From an uncultured Bacteroidota bacterium (GTDB taxonomy: Bacteria; Bacteroidota; Ignavibacteria; UBA10030; UBA6906), in assembly GCA_963700635.1 (NCBI GenBank), contig CAVOYH010000002.1:64001-128000 (forward strand): a stretch of DNA of 64,000 nucleotides, written 5' to 3'. This document shows, piece after piece, positions 39,151-47,349 of this stretch (position 1 is the stretch's first letter; each line of letters starts with the position of its first letter). The notes beneath the pieces are model-generated. The model made no database searches and was not told the DNA's origin. It saw nothing but the letters and a program-made list of their open reading frames with translations. Position numbers and translations under genes: made by a program.

Positions 39151-39676
39151 TATTCTCTGCACCTACACGAAGACCGATCCTTTGAGGAAACACGCGCTTG
39201 CCGTTGAGGCGGCAATGGCGGCCTACGCGCAGAAGTTGGGGGAGGATCCGGAGCTCTGGAGTGTTGTGGGACTGCTTCACGATTTTGACTATGAAATGTA
39301 CCCGCAATACCCTGATCATCCTGTAAAAGGCTCAGAAATCCTCAAAGAAAAGGGTCTGGACGAGGCTGCCCGGCGGGTTATCATGTCGCATGTGCCCGAC
39401 ACGAACATTCCGCGTGACACACCCATGGCGAAGGTGCTCTTTGCGTGCGATGAACTCTGCGGATTTATCATGGCGGCAGCAGTGATCCGGCCCAACAAGA
39501 TCGCGGACCTCGAAGTCCCCTCCGTCAAGAAAAAACTCAAAGACAAGGCCTTCGCGCGGGCGGTGAGCCGGGAGGATATCACAAACGGTGCGGCAGAGCT
39601 TGGTGTCCCGCTTGAGGAACACATCGGGTTTGTTATCGCTGCCATGAAGGCCCGGGCGGGAGATCTGGGGTTATAA
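39128..39676 (+). CDS. HDIG-domain metal-dependent phosphohydrolase
   Basis: 'KHALAVE', 'GLLHDFDYE', 'DELCG', 'KKLKDKAFAR'. Confidence 0.88.
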   Translation: MTRQEAFDILCTYTKTDPLRKHALAVEAAMAAYAQKLGEDPELWSVVGLLHDFDYEMYPQYPDHPVKGSEILKEKGLDEAARRVIMSHVPDTNIPRDTPMAKVLFACDELCGFIMAAAVIRPNKIADLEVPSVKKKLKDKAFARAVSREDITNGAAELGVPLEEHIGFVIAAMKARAGDLGL

Positions 39677-39694
39677 ACGGCAGGATTTTCCGGG

Positions 39695-40456
39695 TTACTT
39701 GTCCATCCACTTCTTAAACGCCGCAGCACGCTCCACACTCACAAGCGCCTCCACCCCGTTGGGTTCTCCGGGATGGAGTTCAATCTTGATGCGCGAACGG
39801 GAATACGGAATCATCGTCCGTATCGCATCAAAACTTATCAGCATTTTTCTGTTGATACGAAAGAACTTCTCCGGATCAAGCATCGACTCCAGGGCATCCA
39901 GCGAACAATCAACCGGGTACGTATGGTTCTGCACAGTCGTGAGGAACACCGCCTTTTCTAAAGCGTAAAAGAATGCGACCTCCTCTGTCTGAACCTTCCT
40001 GATCCGTTCTCCGAACTGGATCAGAAACCGCTTCTTGTATTCCACCTGACGGGTGCGCATCACGCTGACCAGCTCGTCTATATCGGGCCGGAGGGAGTGT
40101 CTGAGTCCCTTGAGTTTTTCCAGACTTCCCCGCAACTCTTCCTTCCGGATCGGCTTCAGGAGATAGTCCACGCTGTTCACCTTGAACGCCCGGATGGCGT
40201 ACTGGTCGTATGCCGTGGTAAAAATGATCGGACTCTCCACACGGACCGATTCGAAGATGGAGAAACTCAGGCCGTCGGAAAGCTGAATGTCCAGGAAAAT
40301 GAGATCGGGCCGGTTCTCTCTGAGCCAGCTGACCGCCGAGGAGACCGAGTCAAGTCGGGCCACAACATCAAGTGACGGATCAACGTCTTTCAGGAGACTC
40401 TCGAGCCGCTCTGCTGCCAGCGGCTCATCTTCAATAATAACTGCCTTCATGTTCAT
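39695..40456 (-). CDS. LytTR-family DNA-binding response regulator
   Basis: REC domain 'IEDE', 'FLDIQL', 'FTTAY', 'LLKP'. LytTR domain 'FFRINR', 'VS.ER…FKKW'. Confidence 0.94.
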   Translation of the reverse strand: MNMKAVIIEDEPLAAERLESLLKDVDPSLDVVARLDSVSSAVSWLRENRPDLIFLDIQLSDGLSFSIFESVRVESPIIFTTAYDQYAIRAFKVNSVDYLLKPIRKEELRGSLEKLKGLRHSLRPDIDELVSVMRTRQVEYKKRFLIQFGERIRKVQTEEVAFFYALEKAVFLTTVQNHTYPVDCSLDALESMLDPEKFFRINRKMLISFDAIRTMIPYSRSRIKIELHPGEPNGVEALVSVERAAAFKKWMDK

Positions 40457-41493
40457 TCCACCGTTAACAAAGGAAGTTCAGCTACAAATTCGTCGTTCAG
40501 CATGGTGAACCGCGGTTCTCTGCCGCCCAGATGTGCATACCGCCGGCGGAGATTTTCCAACCCGACTCCCCGTGACTCCACGCCATGAGCTTTTCGCTGG
40601 AGGTTGTTGCGTACAACGAGCCTGCCGTCATCAGAGCCGATGCGGACCCGGAGGGGCGCCTCTACGGAAACCCGGTTGTGTTTGAAAGCGTTTTCCAGAA
40701 CCGTCTGAAGTGCAAGGGGGGGGATGTGCCGGCCCAGCAACTGTGTATCCACCTCGATCTCGATCTGCATTGACTGTTCAAACCGGATGGTCTGCAGATA
40801 GAGGTACGACCGCGCAAAATCAAGTTCACGGTGCAGTTCAACAACAGGCAAATCGATCACATCCAGAATATACCGGTATACTGCAGCAAATTCATCAACA
40901 AAGTGCTGGGCGCGGGCTTGATCCTTCTGGATGAGAGAAGAGAGAACATTCAGACTGTTAAAAAGAAAATGCGGGTTCAGCTGCGATTTGAGAACCTCGA
41001 ACCGGATATCGGCGTTTTCTCTCTCAAGATGTTCTGCGCGCTGACGCTCATCCTGGGTGCGCCGATATGCCATCATGGCTTCCAGGCCGGCGGTGACGAT
41101 GATGTTCAGAACCCCCACGATGAGCGCATTATTGATGACGTTCTTCACGAGACCGTCATGGAACGGAGCGATAAAGTGGACCGCCACCGTAAGCAATGCT
41201 CCAAGGATTATTCCGATCACCGCCGCTGCCGGGACCTCCAGCACGAGGCGCAAGGCAAATGATGACTCCCATCTGACATGCCTGTCAAACGTACGAAGTG
41301 CGATTCCATCGAGTGCAAAAAGTGCGATCGCCACGGGTGTGCCCGCAAGAGTGCCAAAGATCAGGCGGGTGAAAAATTCCGGAAGTCCGCCAAGGGGGAC
41401 ATATCCGGTGGCATTGTTGTAGAGGATAACAAGAGTCTCTACGACGGCAGTGAGGGCAATGATGAAGACGATGGTATTTCGATTGAGTTTCAT
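40453..41493 (-). CDS. LytS/YehU-type sensor histidine kinase
   Basis: 4 TMs, 'LKSQLNPHFLFNSLN', 'ENAFKHN', 'GVGLENL'. Confidence 0.92.
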   Translation of the reverse strand: MKLNRNTIVFIIALTAVVETLVILYNNATGYVPLGGLPEFFTRLIFGTLAGTPVAIALFALDGIALRTFDRHVRWESSFALRLVLEVPAAAVIGIILGALLTVAVHFIAPFHDGLVKNVINNALIVGVLNIIVTAGLEAMMAYRRTQDERQRAEHLERENADIRFEVLKSQLNPHFLFNSLNVLSSLIQKDQARAQHFVDEFAAVYRYILDVIDLPVVELHRELDFARSYLYLQTIRFEQSMQIEIEVDTQLLGRHIPPLALQTVLENAFKHNRVSVEAPLRVRIGSDDGRLVVRNNLQRKAHGVESRGVGLENLRRRYAHLGGREPRFTMLNDEFVAELPLLTVE

Positions 41494-41539
41494 AGTTCAT
41501 CAAATGTCGGGAAAAAATTCCTGAAAAACCGTTCTCCTC

Positions 41540-42157
41540 TCAGAACAGATCCCAGCTTGCCGTAAGACCGACATTTCCATTCCGCAACAATGATTCTGAT
41601 GTGCTCATGAGCCGGATGGGTGATGTGCTTCTATAGCTTGCCGTAAGGCCAAGCCAGAAATTCGTCCCGAGACGGTACTGGATGGAAACGGCCGGTTCGA
41701 TAACAGCAAATGTGGTCTCATCAATCTTTTCTTCGGTCCACACCTTTTCCTGCCGGTACTCATTGTCATATTGGTAATAGATTGTGCCCTGTCCCATCAG
41801 AAGGGAAACCGACCCCTTGAAGTCGGTGCCGAATGAGAAGAACCGTTCCGCATAGATCCCACCATACGCCGCGTACAGGTGGTAGGTTCCGTCGCTGACG
41901 AGTGCGGAGAGTTTCTTGTCAAAGTACAGCCCGGACCCACCGAGTCCGAATGCCCATGTGTCGTCAAGTGTTATTCCCGCCCGGCCCTCCAGGAACCCGG
42001 CGGTCTGCCTGTCCAGCGTGGTGTACTTGCCGGCTATGGTTATTGTGCCGCCGATGTTTTTGTCCCCGATCCCGGGGCCGGACTGACCGGTGGATTCCTG
42101 TGCGAGTGCAGAGAACGTCATCGCCGTGGCGAGTGTGAGAGCGAGCAGACGGTTCAT
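41540..42157 (-). CDS. Small outer-membrane beta-barrel hypothetical protein
   Basis: Signal peptide, Gly/aromatic beta strands ('YGGIY'), terminal Phe. Confidence 0.72.
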   Translation of the reverse strand: MNRLLALTLATAMTFSALAQESTGQSGPGIGDKNIGGTITIAGKYTTLDRQTAGFLEGRAGITLDDTWAFGLGGSGLYFDKKLSALVSDGTYHLYAAYGGIYAERFFSFGTDFKGSVSLLMGQGTIYYQYDNEYRQEKVWTEEKIDETTFAVIEPAVSIQYRLGTNFWLGLTASYRSTSPIRLMSTSESLLRNGNVGLTASWDLF

Positions 42158-42234
42158 GGCTTGTTGTTTTCCTTTCAGAGTGTCTGTTGTGATTGTAGTG
42201 TCCGTGGTGTACGGGTGTTCGAATAACTGAACAC

Positions 42235-42325
42235 AAGATACAGCACGGGATCGTCCAGACGAAATGAAAGAGGATGAGCCGGTATTGCGGAGGGACGAAC
42301 CTGCGGGATTCCGGATAAAGACGAA
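42235..42325 (-). promoter_or_regulatory. Promoter (TTCGTC-N17-TATCTT) with upstream direct repeats, candidate LytTR boxes
   Basis: Plus-strand GACGAA at 42258, GATGAG at 42273, GACGAA at 42294 and 42320. Minus-strand -10 TATCTT at 42235-42240. Confidence 0.5.
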
Positions 42326-42335
42326 TCCCGCAGGT
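42299..42335. terminator. 13-bp perfect inverted repeat, candidate terminator of the 42349-43017 gene
   Basis: ACCTGCGGGATTC-N11-GAATCCCGCAGGT. Confidence 0.55.
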
Positions 42336-42348
42336 CCGTGTGAAAGGC

Positions 42349-43017
42349 CTACTTCTGGAAGATCATACGCTTTGTTACCGCCATACCTTTTGCTTCGAGC
42401 CGGTAGAAGTAGATCCCTGACGCCACCTGGTTGCCCGTCCCGTTTGTGCCGTTCCAGGTTGCCGCATGTGTTCCTGCCTGCACGGTGGCGTCAACAAGCG
42501 TGCTCATCCGCCGTCCCAGCAGATCGTAGACCGCCAATCTGACGTGCACGGCCTCAGGCAGGTCAAAGCGGATGGTGGTTCCGGCATTAAACGGATTCGG
42601 GTAGTTTGTCCAGAGGGCGACGTTGTCGGGCAGGGTGGGGGTAGGGGATGGTTCCTCGGATTCCAGTTGCCGGAGTGAAGCAAGGTCCGGATATGCCTGG
42701 CGGATATACCGCGTGTGCCAGCGCAGGTAATCGATATTCCGGATCCGGTCACCGCCGGCGGCACCGACGATTGCATAGACCACTTCCACGCTGTCGCCGA
42801 TGCCCAGCCCATCAATATCGCCCTGCCCTGTAACAGGGTCTCCCGCATGAATGAAGAATCGGGGGTTTCCGTTTGCGTCTTCCCATGTGCCCAATGGCAT
42901 TGTCGATGGATAGGGCAGATAGCCGCGCATCCAATTGTACATCCGCTTCCCCCCCTCGGCAGTATAGGGAGGGTCACCAAAACTGACTCCTGTGGATTTT
43001 GCAAAGAATGAACTCAT
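42349..43017 (-). CDS. T9SS-CTD/FlgD-like domain protein, probably a truncated remnant
   Basis: C-terminal 'NYPNPFN…WNGTN…SGIYFYRL' sorting domain, but no signal peptide. Confidence 0.6.
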   Translation of the reverse strand: MSSFFAKSTGVSFGDPPYTAEGGKRMYNWMRGYLPYPSTMPLGTWEDANGNPRFFIHAGDPVTGQGDIDGLGIGDSVEVVYAIVGAAGGDRIRNIDYLRWHTRYIRQAYPDLASLRQLESEEPSPTPTLPDNVALWTNYPNPFNAGTTIRFDLPEAVHVRLAVYDLLGRRMSTLVDATVQAGTHAATWNGTNGTGNQVASGIYFYRLEAKGMAVTKRMIFQK

Positions 43018-43035
43018 CCGCAGTGGGCGTGCCCA

Positions 43036-43923
43036 TTAGCGAATGTCCACGGCAAAACCCATTCCCCAATCATTCCGTTTTACATCGTAGTACTGGTGGT
43101 AGATCTCCGTACCGGCGCGGTAGCTAATGAACAGTCTTATCCCGCTCCCGTCCCATTCCCCGAATTTGATCCCGCCTTCCAGAATGTTGGTTCCGGAGAG
43201 GCGTTCCACCCCGGATAACATAAAATGGTCGGCGATATACAGGTTCGCCGGTTGTCCCCAGACCTGACCCGTCCACTCTGAAGTGTGGGCCACGGCCCCC
43301 TGAAAGGTGTTGAACCGCACCATGTTTCCGGGGCGGGCAAACCAGGCCTGGCTGAATCCGGCGTACAGCATTGCCGACCATGCCTTCGTACCCCACCTGT
43401 ATGCTGCGGTCGCCTCTGCGTGATCGCGTGAGTACGGGCGGGGTAATTGTCCGTCGATCCAGGTCTTTGTCTCCAGACGGAAATGCCCGTCAATAAGATG
43501 TGAACTCAGATGCAGGATCCGCAGGCGCAGCATGGTGGAGGATGTGGCACGCCGGTGGAGATAAACGATATGTGCCCCGAAAAACCCGTCAACGGCATCA
43601 ACCTGGAGATGAAGGCCCTGGTACGATCTGGTCAGGGCATACACGAACATCGCCACTCCCATGTGGAACCGCGCTGCGGTGTCCGATGACGGGTAGAAAG
43701 CGAGGAAGTCATAGGTCGCCCCGATATCCAGCTGCATCCGCATCGACCCGAACTCCCGACGTATGCCGACGCGCGGTTCTTCCGGGCTTGCCGGAAGGGG
43801 AGCAAAAAGAGCCTTGCCGGGTAAGAGGATCATAGCGGAACGCGGGGTAGAAGCATCCTGAGGGAACGCCGTAAACGTGGCGCATGTTAGAGTGAAAGCC
43901 AGGAGCAGGCGGTATGGTGTCAC
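43036..43923 (-). CDS. DUF1207-like outer-membrane protein
   Basis: 'LFAPL.ASPEEPR', 'RILHLSSHLIDG', 'YSRD'. GTG start chosen downstream of the promoter. Confidence 0.72.
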   Translation of the reverse strand: MTPYRLLLAFTLTCATFTAFPQDASTPRSAMILLPGKALFAPLPASPEEPRVGIRREFGSMRMQLDIGATYDFLAFYPSSDTAARFHMGVAMFVYALTRSYQGLHLQVDAVDGFFGAHIVYLHRRATSSTMLRLRILHLSSHLIDGHFRLETKTWIDGQLPRPYSRDHAEATAAYRWGTKAWSAMLYAGFSQAWFARPGNMVRFNTFQGAVAHTSEWTGQVWGQPANLYIADHFMLSGVERLSGTNILEGGIKFGEWDGSGIRLFISYRAGTEIYHQYYDVKRNDWGMGFAVDIR

Positions 43924-43961
43924 GATCCGTCCAGTGGGCTGTGTAGACGATGTTCTTGATA

Positions 43962-43990
43962 AATATAGAGAAGACACCCCGGACAGTCAA
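43962..43990 (-). promoter_or_regulatory. Putative sigma70-type promoter
   Basis: TTGACT-N17-TATATT on the minus strand. Confidence 0.6.
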
Positions 43991-43998
43991 ACCCATGT

Positions 43999-44027
43999 TT
44001 GAATCTCAGAAGACGGTTTTGTACATT
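43999..44027 (+). promoter_or_regulatory. Putative sigma70-type promoter
   Basis: TTGAAT-N17-TACATT, back-to-back with the previous promoter. Confidence 0.55.
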
Positions 44028-44064
44028 AGAGTGTTTTGTTCTCAGACCCAGCCGGAGTAATCGT

Positions 44065-44817
44065 ATGAAGAAACTGTTCAGCATCATCTTCCTGATCCTC
44101 TTGACGGCCTCGCTCTCGCCGGCCCAGGAGGAGCCCATTCCCCCCAGACGTTCCCGCATGGTAAAGATGGGACTGTTCGTTGGATATACACCGGGCTGGT
44201 TGTTCCTTGATGTGAAACCCGTCAACACATTTCTGACTGCCGGCAGGGGTGCAGCGCTGAAAGACGACGGGGTCTTTATGAGCGGGGGCGGCGGTGCTGC
44301 GTACATCATGCTCATCCCGAACGTCCGTCTTGGCGGTGTCTGGATGTCCGGTGCACTCAAGAGTACATCCATCGATGGGGCTGCGATCCGGCGCGATACC
44401 AGGCTGAATGTGAGTCTGAGCGCCGTGACGATAGAGTATGTGGTCCCTATTGTGGAACGGTTCGATATTGCATTCGGGGCGATGCTCGGGTGGGGCGGAC
44501 TTGAACTCACGCTGCGGCAGAGTAATGGTGGCTCGAATACATGGGTGGGAGAGCAGAATCTGTTCTCCTCCTGGACCGCCGGTTCCCCCGGCAACATGAC
44601 ACGCACGCTGACAGGCTCGTATTTCCTCTGGGCACCGACAGTGAATGTGGAGTATGCATTCCTCAGCTGGCTCGGGGCACGGATCGGTGTCAGTTATGTG
44701 GGAATGTCATTCCCCTCATGGCAGGTGGACGGGCACTATGAGTTGCTCGGTGTGCCGGGCGACATCTCGGGCAAGGGTCTGATGATTCAGGCGGGGCTGT
44801 TCGTAGGAACGTTCTAG
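44065..44817 (+). CDS. Outer-membrane beta-barrel hypothetical protein
   Basis: Signal peptide MKKLFSIIFLILL…AQ, Gly-rich beta strands, terminal Phe. Confidence 0.78.
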   Translation: MKKLFSIIFLILLTASLSPAQEEPIPPRRSRMVKMGLFVGYTPGWLFLDVKPVNTFLTAGRGAALKDDGVFMSGGGGAAYIMLIPNVRLGGVWMSGALKSTSIDGAAIRRDTRLNVSLSAVTIEYVVPIVERFDIAFGAMLGWGGLELTLRQSNGGSNTWVGEQNLFSSWTAGSPGNMTRTLTGSYFLWAPTVNVEYAFLSWLGARIGVSYVGMSFPSWQVDGHYELLGVPGDISGKGLMIQAGLFVGTF

Positions 44818-44940
44818 CGCCGGGTATAAGAAAAGGCCCTTCGCACAGGCGTGGGAAAGACCAACCGGGATTCCGGCCGTTTGCAACGCCGGCGTGTTAT
44901 GCCTCTTCGAGGGGCTCCGGCAACCTCTGGGCCTGTTGTG

Positions 44941-46290
44941 CTACTGTTGTTTTCCCACCACGAAGTAGAATTTCCTTCCCTCCCCATCATACATAAAGAA
45001 GCCTTCGTCTCCAGTCCGTAACCAGCCTCCGCGGAACACTCGTTCGGTGGAAGCGGGGTCGGCATCATAACCGCACATGATGTTGTGACCGCGAAGAACG
45101 ATCTCGCCACGCTGGCCTTCTTCCATTTCGTTTCCTTCCGCATCCTGTATCGTCATATCGTTCGCCGAAATGGGCATTCCGACGGATGGAAATTCATGAC
45201 CGGAAAGCCAGGATTTGTGTTCGCCGGGGGGAAGGTCCAGCGGTACGAAACAGGAGCATGCAGTCGCCTCTGACAACCCGTACCCATGGATCACCCGTCT
45301 CTTGAATGTGATCTCGAACTTTTGTGCAAGATCAACCGTGAGCGGCCCGGCGCCACAAATGAGGTGGCGGAAATGCGCGAGTTTGTACATATCGACAGAA
45401 AGTTTGGCCTTAATCAATGACTGGAGCAACGCGGAGTCGATACTCACCACGGTGATACGATCCGCGGCAATACGTTCAAAAAACTTCTCTGCGTTAAACG
45501 TTTCGTTCAACACCACACCACCCCCGGCGGCAAGAGGAGTGAGCAGGGTCAACACGATCCCCTTGACATGATGAATCGGAAGGATACACATAAGCCGCTG
45601 GTCATCGGACAGGCGGTGCCACTCCGCAATGCTGAGTGCTTCTGCGATGAGGTTCACATGCTCGAGCACCACACCCTTTGGACTGCCCGGCACCGTGCAT
45701 GAGTACATCACAAGCGCTGTATCGTTCAGGTTCACCGGTACGGGCGGACGAAATTGCGTACTCAGCCGGACTGCGTCTGTCTCCAGGTGAGGGAGATCGG
45801 GTTTCAGACGATGTCCGACCTGGACCACCATCTTGAGGTCCGGGGCTTGAGCCCGGAGCGAGAGGATGCGGTCCACATACCTGTCCCGCACGTACACCAC
45901 TTTCGACCTGGAGTGCTTCAGGATACATGCTATCGTACCGTCGTCGTCAAGCGGGTTTATCGGGACAAGGGCTGCACCCAGCAGGAATGCCGCAAAGTAC
46001 TGTATGACCACGTCAGGATGATTATGCGAAACCGTTGCAACACGGTCGCCGTGCCGGATCCCCACTGACTGAAGATGGTTCGCTGTCCGGCATGCTTCTT
46101 CAAGAAATTCCCTGTAGGTGATTTCACGGCGTTGCCCCTCGGTACTGTAATAAATGAGAAACACTTTCTGCTCGTGCTGGTCGACCTGGTCCTCCAGGAG
46201 GTGACCGAGACTCCGGTATGGAAGGGATGGGTCCGTGATCGGCGCGCTGTGAAGGCTGCGTGCCTGAGCGATGGTCTGCGGCGTGGTCAT
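44941..46290 (-). CDS. Class I adenylate-forming (acyl-CoA synthetase-like) protein lacking the C-terminal subdomain
   Basis: 'GIRHGDRVA', degenerate P-loop 'YSCTVPGSPKGV', 'GYGLSE', 'GEIVLRG', 'WLRTGD'. Stops at the hinge (VVGKQQ*). Confidence 0.8.
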   Translation of the reverse strand: MTTPQTIAQARSLHSAPITDPSLPYRSLGHLLEDQVDQHEQKVFLIYYSTEGQRREITYREFLEEACRTANHLQSVGIRHGDRVATVSHNHPDVVIQYFAAFLLGAALVPINPLDDDGTIACILKHSRSKVVYVRDRYVDRILSLRAQAPDLKMVVQVGHRLKPDLPHLETDAVRLSTQFRPPVPVNLNDTALVMYSCTVPGSPKGVVLEHVNLIAEALSIAEWHRLSDDQRLMCILPIHHVKGIVLTLLTPLAAGGGVVLNETFNAEKFFERIAADRITVVSIDSALLQSLIKAKLSVDMYKLAHFRHLICGAGPLTVDLAQKFEITFKRRVIHGYGLSEATACSCFVPLDLPPGEHKSWLSGHEFPSVGMPISANDMTIQDAEGNEMEEGQRGEIVLRGHNIMCGYDADPASTERVFRGGWLRTGDEGFFMYDGEGRKFYFVVGKQQ

Positions 46291-46917
46291 TTACTTTCCC
46301 CGAAATTCCGTGTCGATGATGTCGATTTCTCCAGGATATGTAAGCGGACCGTACTCCGTGCGCATGGTTGGTTTTGCGCGGAGCGTCACGCGGCTGGCCG
46401 AGCCCTGTGCACCACCAAGTGCAAGGGCGAGATTCAGGATTTTATCGTATCCTCGGTCGTTGAAGAACTTCATCAAATCAAGGTTCATGCGGAGCGGGAT
46501 AACCGCTTCCTGTCCCGTGCCGGGAATGGTGATGGGTTCGGGGATATCACCGGAGATGGTGGGTGTGTCATCAATGCGCAGATTCCACGCGAAGCTGGTA
46601 AGCGTCGCGGCCGATGCCGGCGTACCCCCCGTTCCGTCATTGGGATTCTGAGCGGCCACTCGTAACGTGAAGCTCGCCGGGAGCTCCCCGCGGCTGAACG
46701 CGGCGATGGCGGTTGCGGCATCGCCCAGACCAAGGGCCGTTTTGCCTGACAGGGAGATCCCTGCAACCTGGAAATCGCTGATACCGGCCAGCTTGAAGGA
46801 ACAACGTGACAGGTTGGTGACTGCCTGACCGAGTTCCTTCACGACGTTGCAGGAAGCGAATAGCATGGTGGACAGCATACCCACCAAAACGTAACGGGCT
46901 ATGGTTCGCCGGATCAT
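46291..46917 (-). CDS. Lipoprotein, LEA-2/WHy-like fold
   Basis: Lipobox LFAS-C, 'QNPN' motif. Stop abuts the next ATG (TAAATG). Confidence 0.75.
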   Translation of the reverse strand: MIRRTIARYVLVGMLSTMLFASCNVVKELGQAVTNLSRCSFKLAGISDFQVAGISLSGKTALGLGDAATAIAAFSRGELPASFTLRVAAQNPNDGTGGTPASAATLTSFAWNLRIDDTPTISGDIPEPITIPGTGQEAVIPLRMNLDLMKFFNDRGYDKILNLALALGGAQGSASRVTLRAKPTMRTEYGPLTYPGEIDIIDTEFRGK

Positions 46918-47349
46918 CTTATCGGTCCCCACTTTTTATTCTTTTCACTATTTTTTTGTCGTCTCAAGCGCGTCAACAAGCAACCGTGTCTGAGGTCGTG
47001 TGCCGTGGGGGAATACAGGTGATTGACGGTTCCTTGGCATGAGGGAGTGCCCCGGCGGAGCGAAGAGCAATTCCGTGCTCTGTCGCAGGCGCTGGTTTGC
47101 CGGTGTGAAATGGAAACAGGAGAATGTCAGATGCCCCAAATCCGCGGTGGAGTGCGGCATGAGGCCTGCCGGGCTTGAAGGGCGTGATGGACCCACTATA
47201 TGGAGGAACTGGGGGCAAAGTCAGAAGCCGGGACAAGTGCTCATTAGTCTGAAAAAAGGTACACAGGATGGGAGGGAAAAGCAAGGCCAAGCGTACCCCT
47301 GTGCCACGATCCACAGATCCGCCTAATTTCCTTGAGGATGCCTGGTACA

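Noticed and set aside
47190-47232. CCACT…AGTCAGAAG resembling a cobalamin riboswitch B12 box
   Set aside because: Core motifs are incomplete and there is no plus-strand gene downstream.
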